Positions 62,140 through 64,000 of a stretch of 64,000 nucleotides of DNA are shown here, one piece after another. Below the pieces are notes generated by a model that worked only from the letters and a program-made list of their open reading frames with translations, was not told the origin of the DNA and ran no database searches. Source of the stretch: Alphaproteobacteria bacterium (GTDB lineage Bacteria > Pseudomonadota > Alphaproteobacteria > CAAHEQ01 > UBA3637); contig JAZRDB010000006.1 in the NCBI GenBank assembly GCA_045660045.1, positions 465 to 64,464 on the forward strand, given 5' to 3'. Both the position numbers and the translations under genes were made by a program. Position 1 is the first letter of the stretch, and each line of letters opens with the position of its first letter.

Positions 62140-64000
62140 ATGTCTGAACATACGCTAAATAAACGCTTTTTGCCTTTATTGGTATCGCATTTTTTGTCTG
62201 CTTTAAATGATTCATTTGTCCGCACGTTATTTATTTTTTCAATTACCTATCAAATGGCTGTTTCGACACCTGTGGTGGTGATTCCTGCAGTCATCTTTTT
62301 TGCTCTGGCTTTTTGTGTGGGTAGCACATTTGCGGGTAGTTGGGCCGATAAAATTTCCAAAAAGAATTTTTTGATTATAGCCCGTGCAGCAGAAATTGCT
62401 GTGGCGGGGGTTGCGTGGATGGCATCCAGTTGGTCTTCTGTCTCATTATTCTTGTTGATTGCTGGTACAATGGGATTTTTGGAAGCATGTATTCGTGTGG
62501 CCAATTATTCATTGATTCCCGATTTGGTTGCAGAGAAAAAATGGGTTCGCGCTAATGCTTGGATCAAAAGTATGACCTTAATCGGCTCTTCTGTGGCGGC
62601 CGTTGGATTGGGCTTTATCTTAAAGGAAAATGTGACGCCAAATTGGATTTGTTTGGGGGCATTGGTGTTGGCGATATTCAGCTTGGGGGTGACAACATTT
62701 TTGCCCGCACAAAAGGCGGTGGATGCTGAAGCACCCGTTGTACACAATCCGTTGGATGTGTTTGATCAGCTGAGCAAATCGTTGCGTTTTCAATATGACA
62801 AATGGGCTTATATTATCGGTATTGCATGGTTTTGGGTAATCGCCGTTTTTGTTTTGATGTTGTCGGGTGAATACGGGCACACGATTTTAAAAGCTCGTTG
62901 GTCCGTTGTGACGTTTTTGTCCGCGGGGGTGTTCCCCATTGGTTATTTAATCGGATCTTACTTAAGTGTGTGGTTTGCAAAACGCAAGCCGTTGGGGGCA
63001 CAAGTTGTGGTCGTGGGTGCTTTAATTTCATTGGCGTTGTTTGATTTTGCTTTTGCCACACGCGCTTTGGCCAACATTCAAGTGGATAAAGCAATTACGG
63101 TGTTTAAGTTGTTGACTAAGCATGGACGCTACTGGCGTGTGATTGCTGATGTATTTGCTTTTGGTGTTTTGTTTGCAATGTACAGTATTCCATTTTATAC
63201 GTTGCTTCAAAAACACACGTCTAAAAAGGTAATGGGGCGCACAATGTCCTTCAGCGGCCTTATAAATGCGGTGACAGTATCTGGGGCCTTGTTGGTGGCT
63301 TTAAGCTTGCGTTTGTTGGGATTGAGCTTGGTTGGCATTGTGGTGCTTTTTGCCTTGGCTAATTTAATTGTGACCATTTATATGGTGCGCTTGTTGCCTG
63401 TTGTCAGTCGTCGTAAATTGATTCGGTGGGCATTAAAAATGTGGTTCCATACCGATATCAAAGGGCTTGAAAATTTAGAAAAAGCCGGCAAACGTGCTTT
63501 AATCGTGACAAACCACACGTCATTTATGGATGTGTTGTTGATTTCGGCGTTTGTTGACAAACAAATTGTCTTTACCATCAGCGAACAAAAAATGAACAAG
63601 TTGGCGATGAAGTTTATGACATCATTGGTGGATGTTAAACCTTTGGATGCACGTTCGCCGTTGGCCGTAAAAGCAATGGTAGAAGAATTGCGCCAAGATA
63701 AACTTTGTATGATATTCCCGCAAGGTTTGGTGGAAGGTGGTAACAGTCGAATGAAGATTTATGAAGGGGCGGCAATGATGGCCATGATGAGTGATGCGCC
63801 GATTCTACCAATTAAAATCACTGGCGCTTGCTATACATTCTTTTCGCGGGTTATCGGCAAACGTTGTGAACGCAGATGGTTCCCCAAAATCAGTTTGGAT
63901 GTTTTGGAACCCGTTTCCTTTAAGTATCCAGAAGATATGCCGAATCGCGAAAAACGTGAAAAAGCATCATCAAAATTGTATGATATCATAACAAATATGG
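62140..64000 (+). CDS. MFS lysophospholipid transporter fused to a PlsC-type acyltransferase (LplT/Aas-like); 3' end outside the window; NOT in the ORF track
   Basis: 620 codons are open from ATG 62140 to the window end: MSEHTLNKRFLPLLVSHFLSALNDSF..., about 12 TM helices, then the acyltransferase motif VTNHTSFMDV (HX4D) and IFPQG..EGG. Confidence 0.8.
   Translation, partial: MSEHTLNKRFLPLLVSHFLSALNDSFVRTLFIFSITYQMAVSTPVVVIPAVIFFALAFCVGSTFAGSWADKISKKNFLIIARAAEIAVAGVAWMASSWSSVSLFLLIAGTMGFLEACIRVANYSLIPDLVAEKKWVRANAWIKSMTLIGSSVAAVGLGFILKENVTPNWICLGALVLAIFSLGVTTFLPAQKAVDAEAPVVHNPLDVFDQLSKSLRFQYDKWAYIIGIAWFWVIAVFVLMLSGEYGHTILKARWSVVTFLSAGVFPIGYLIGSYLSVWFAKRKPLGAQVVVVGALISLALFDFAFATRALANIQVDKAITVFKLLTKHGRYWRVIADVFAFGVLFAMYSIPFYTLLQKHTSKKVMGRTMSFSGLINAVTVSGALLVALSLRLLGLSLVGIVVLFALANLIVTIYMVRLLPVVSRRKLIRWALKMWFHTDIKGLENLEKAGKRALIVTNHTSFMDVLLISAFVDKQIVFTISEQKMNKLAMKFMTSLVDVKPLDARSPLAVKAMVEELRQDKLCMIFPQGLVEGGNSRMKIYEGAAMMAMMSDAPILPIKITGACYTFFSRVIGKRCERRWFPKISLDVLEPVSFKYPEDMPNREKREKASSKLYDIITNM

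Overview
The window is an AT-rich (judged by eye, not computed), gene-dense chromosomal segment. I infer an alphaproteobacterium from lineage-typical genes: gapR/DUF2312, DUF1013, DUF4167, hdaA, a divK-like receiver with a PleC/DivJ-type kinase, and ELM1/DUF1022.

Most of the window is core housekeeping: dnaK (partial)-dnaJ, rnd, lgt, rho, pckG, oadGAB, rnhB, an M16 peptidase, rsmE, kdsB, metG, rpoZ-spoT, cspA, lpxC, hdaA, ftsK, lolA, waaA-lpxK-lpxL, comM and three tRNAs (Gln-UUG, Arg-CCG, Thr-CGU). I saw no rRNA, CRISPR array, transposase, integrase or prophage.

Accessory genes, mostly with signal peptides, sit between the core genes and suggest a host-associated lifestyle:
- The best candidate for an undescribed system is at 35999-38936. 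Three tandem secreted kyphoscoliosis-peptidase-like transglutaminase-core paralogs end in an ATGA overlap with a divK-like receiver.
- Next are two Cys-rich secreted proteins. One is a 972-aa modular protein with about 11% Cys. The other is a 248-aa CxxC-repeat protein wedged by ATGA overlaps between ftsK and lolA.
- Other accessory genes are a Doc-type Fic protein after dnaJ, a tandem-NYN protein after rho, a membrane-anchored GH24 lysozyme-like protein, a secreted ankyrin-repeat protein, and an orphan type IV pilin-like gene with a decayed second copy.
- The Asd and PyrD homologues keep full-length ORFs but appear to have lost their catalytic residues.
- A self-contained 24-codon gene encodes MRMNLDGCGCGCG...

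Two genes are absent from the supplied ORF track. One is oadG (53 codons). The other is a 620-codon frame that runs off the 3' end (MFS-PlsC, lplT/aas-like).

Every functional call rests on my reading of translated motifs. No database search or computation was possible.
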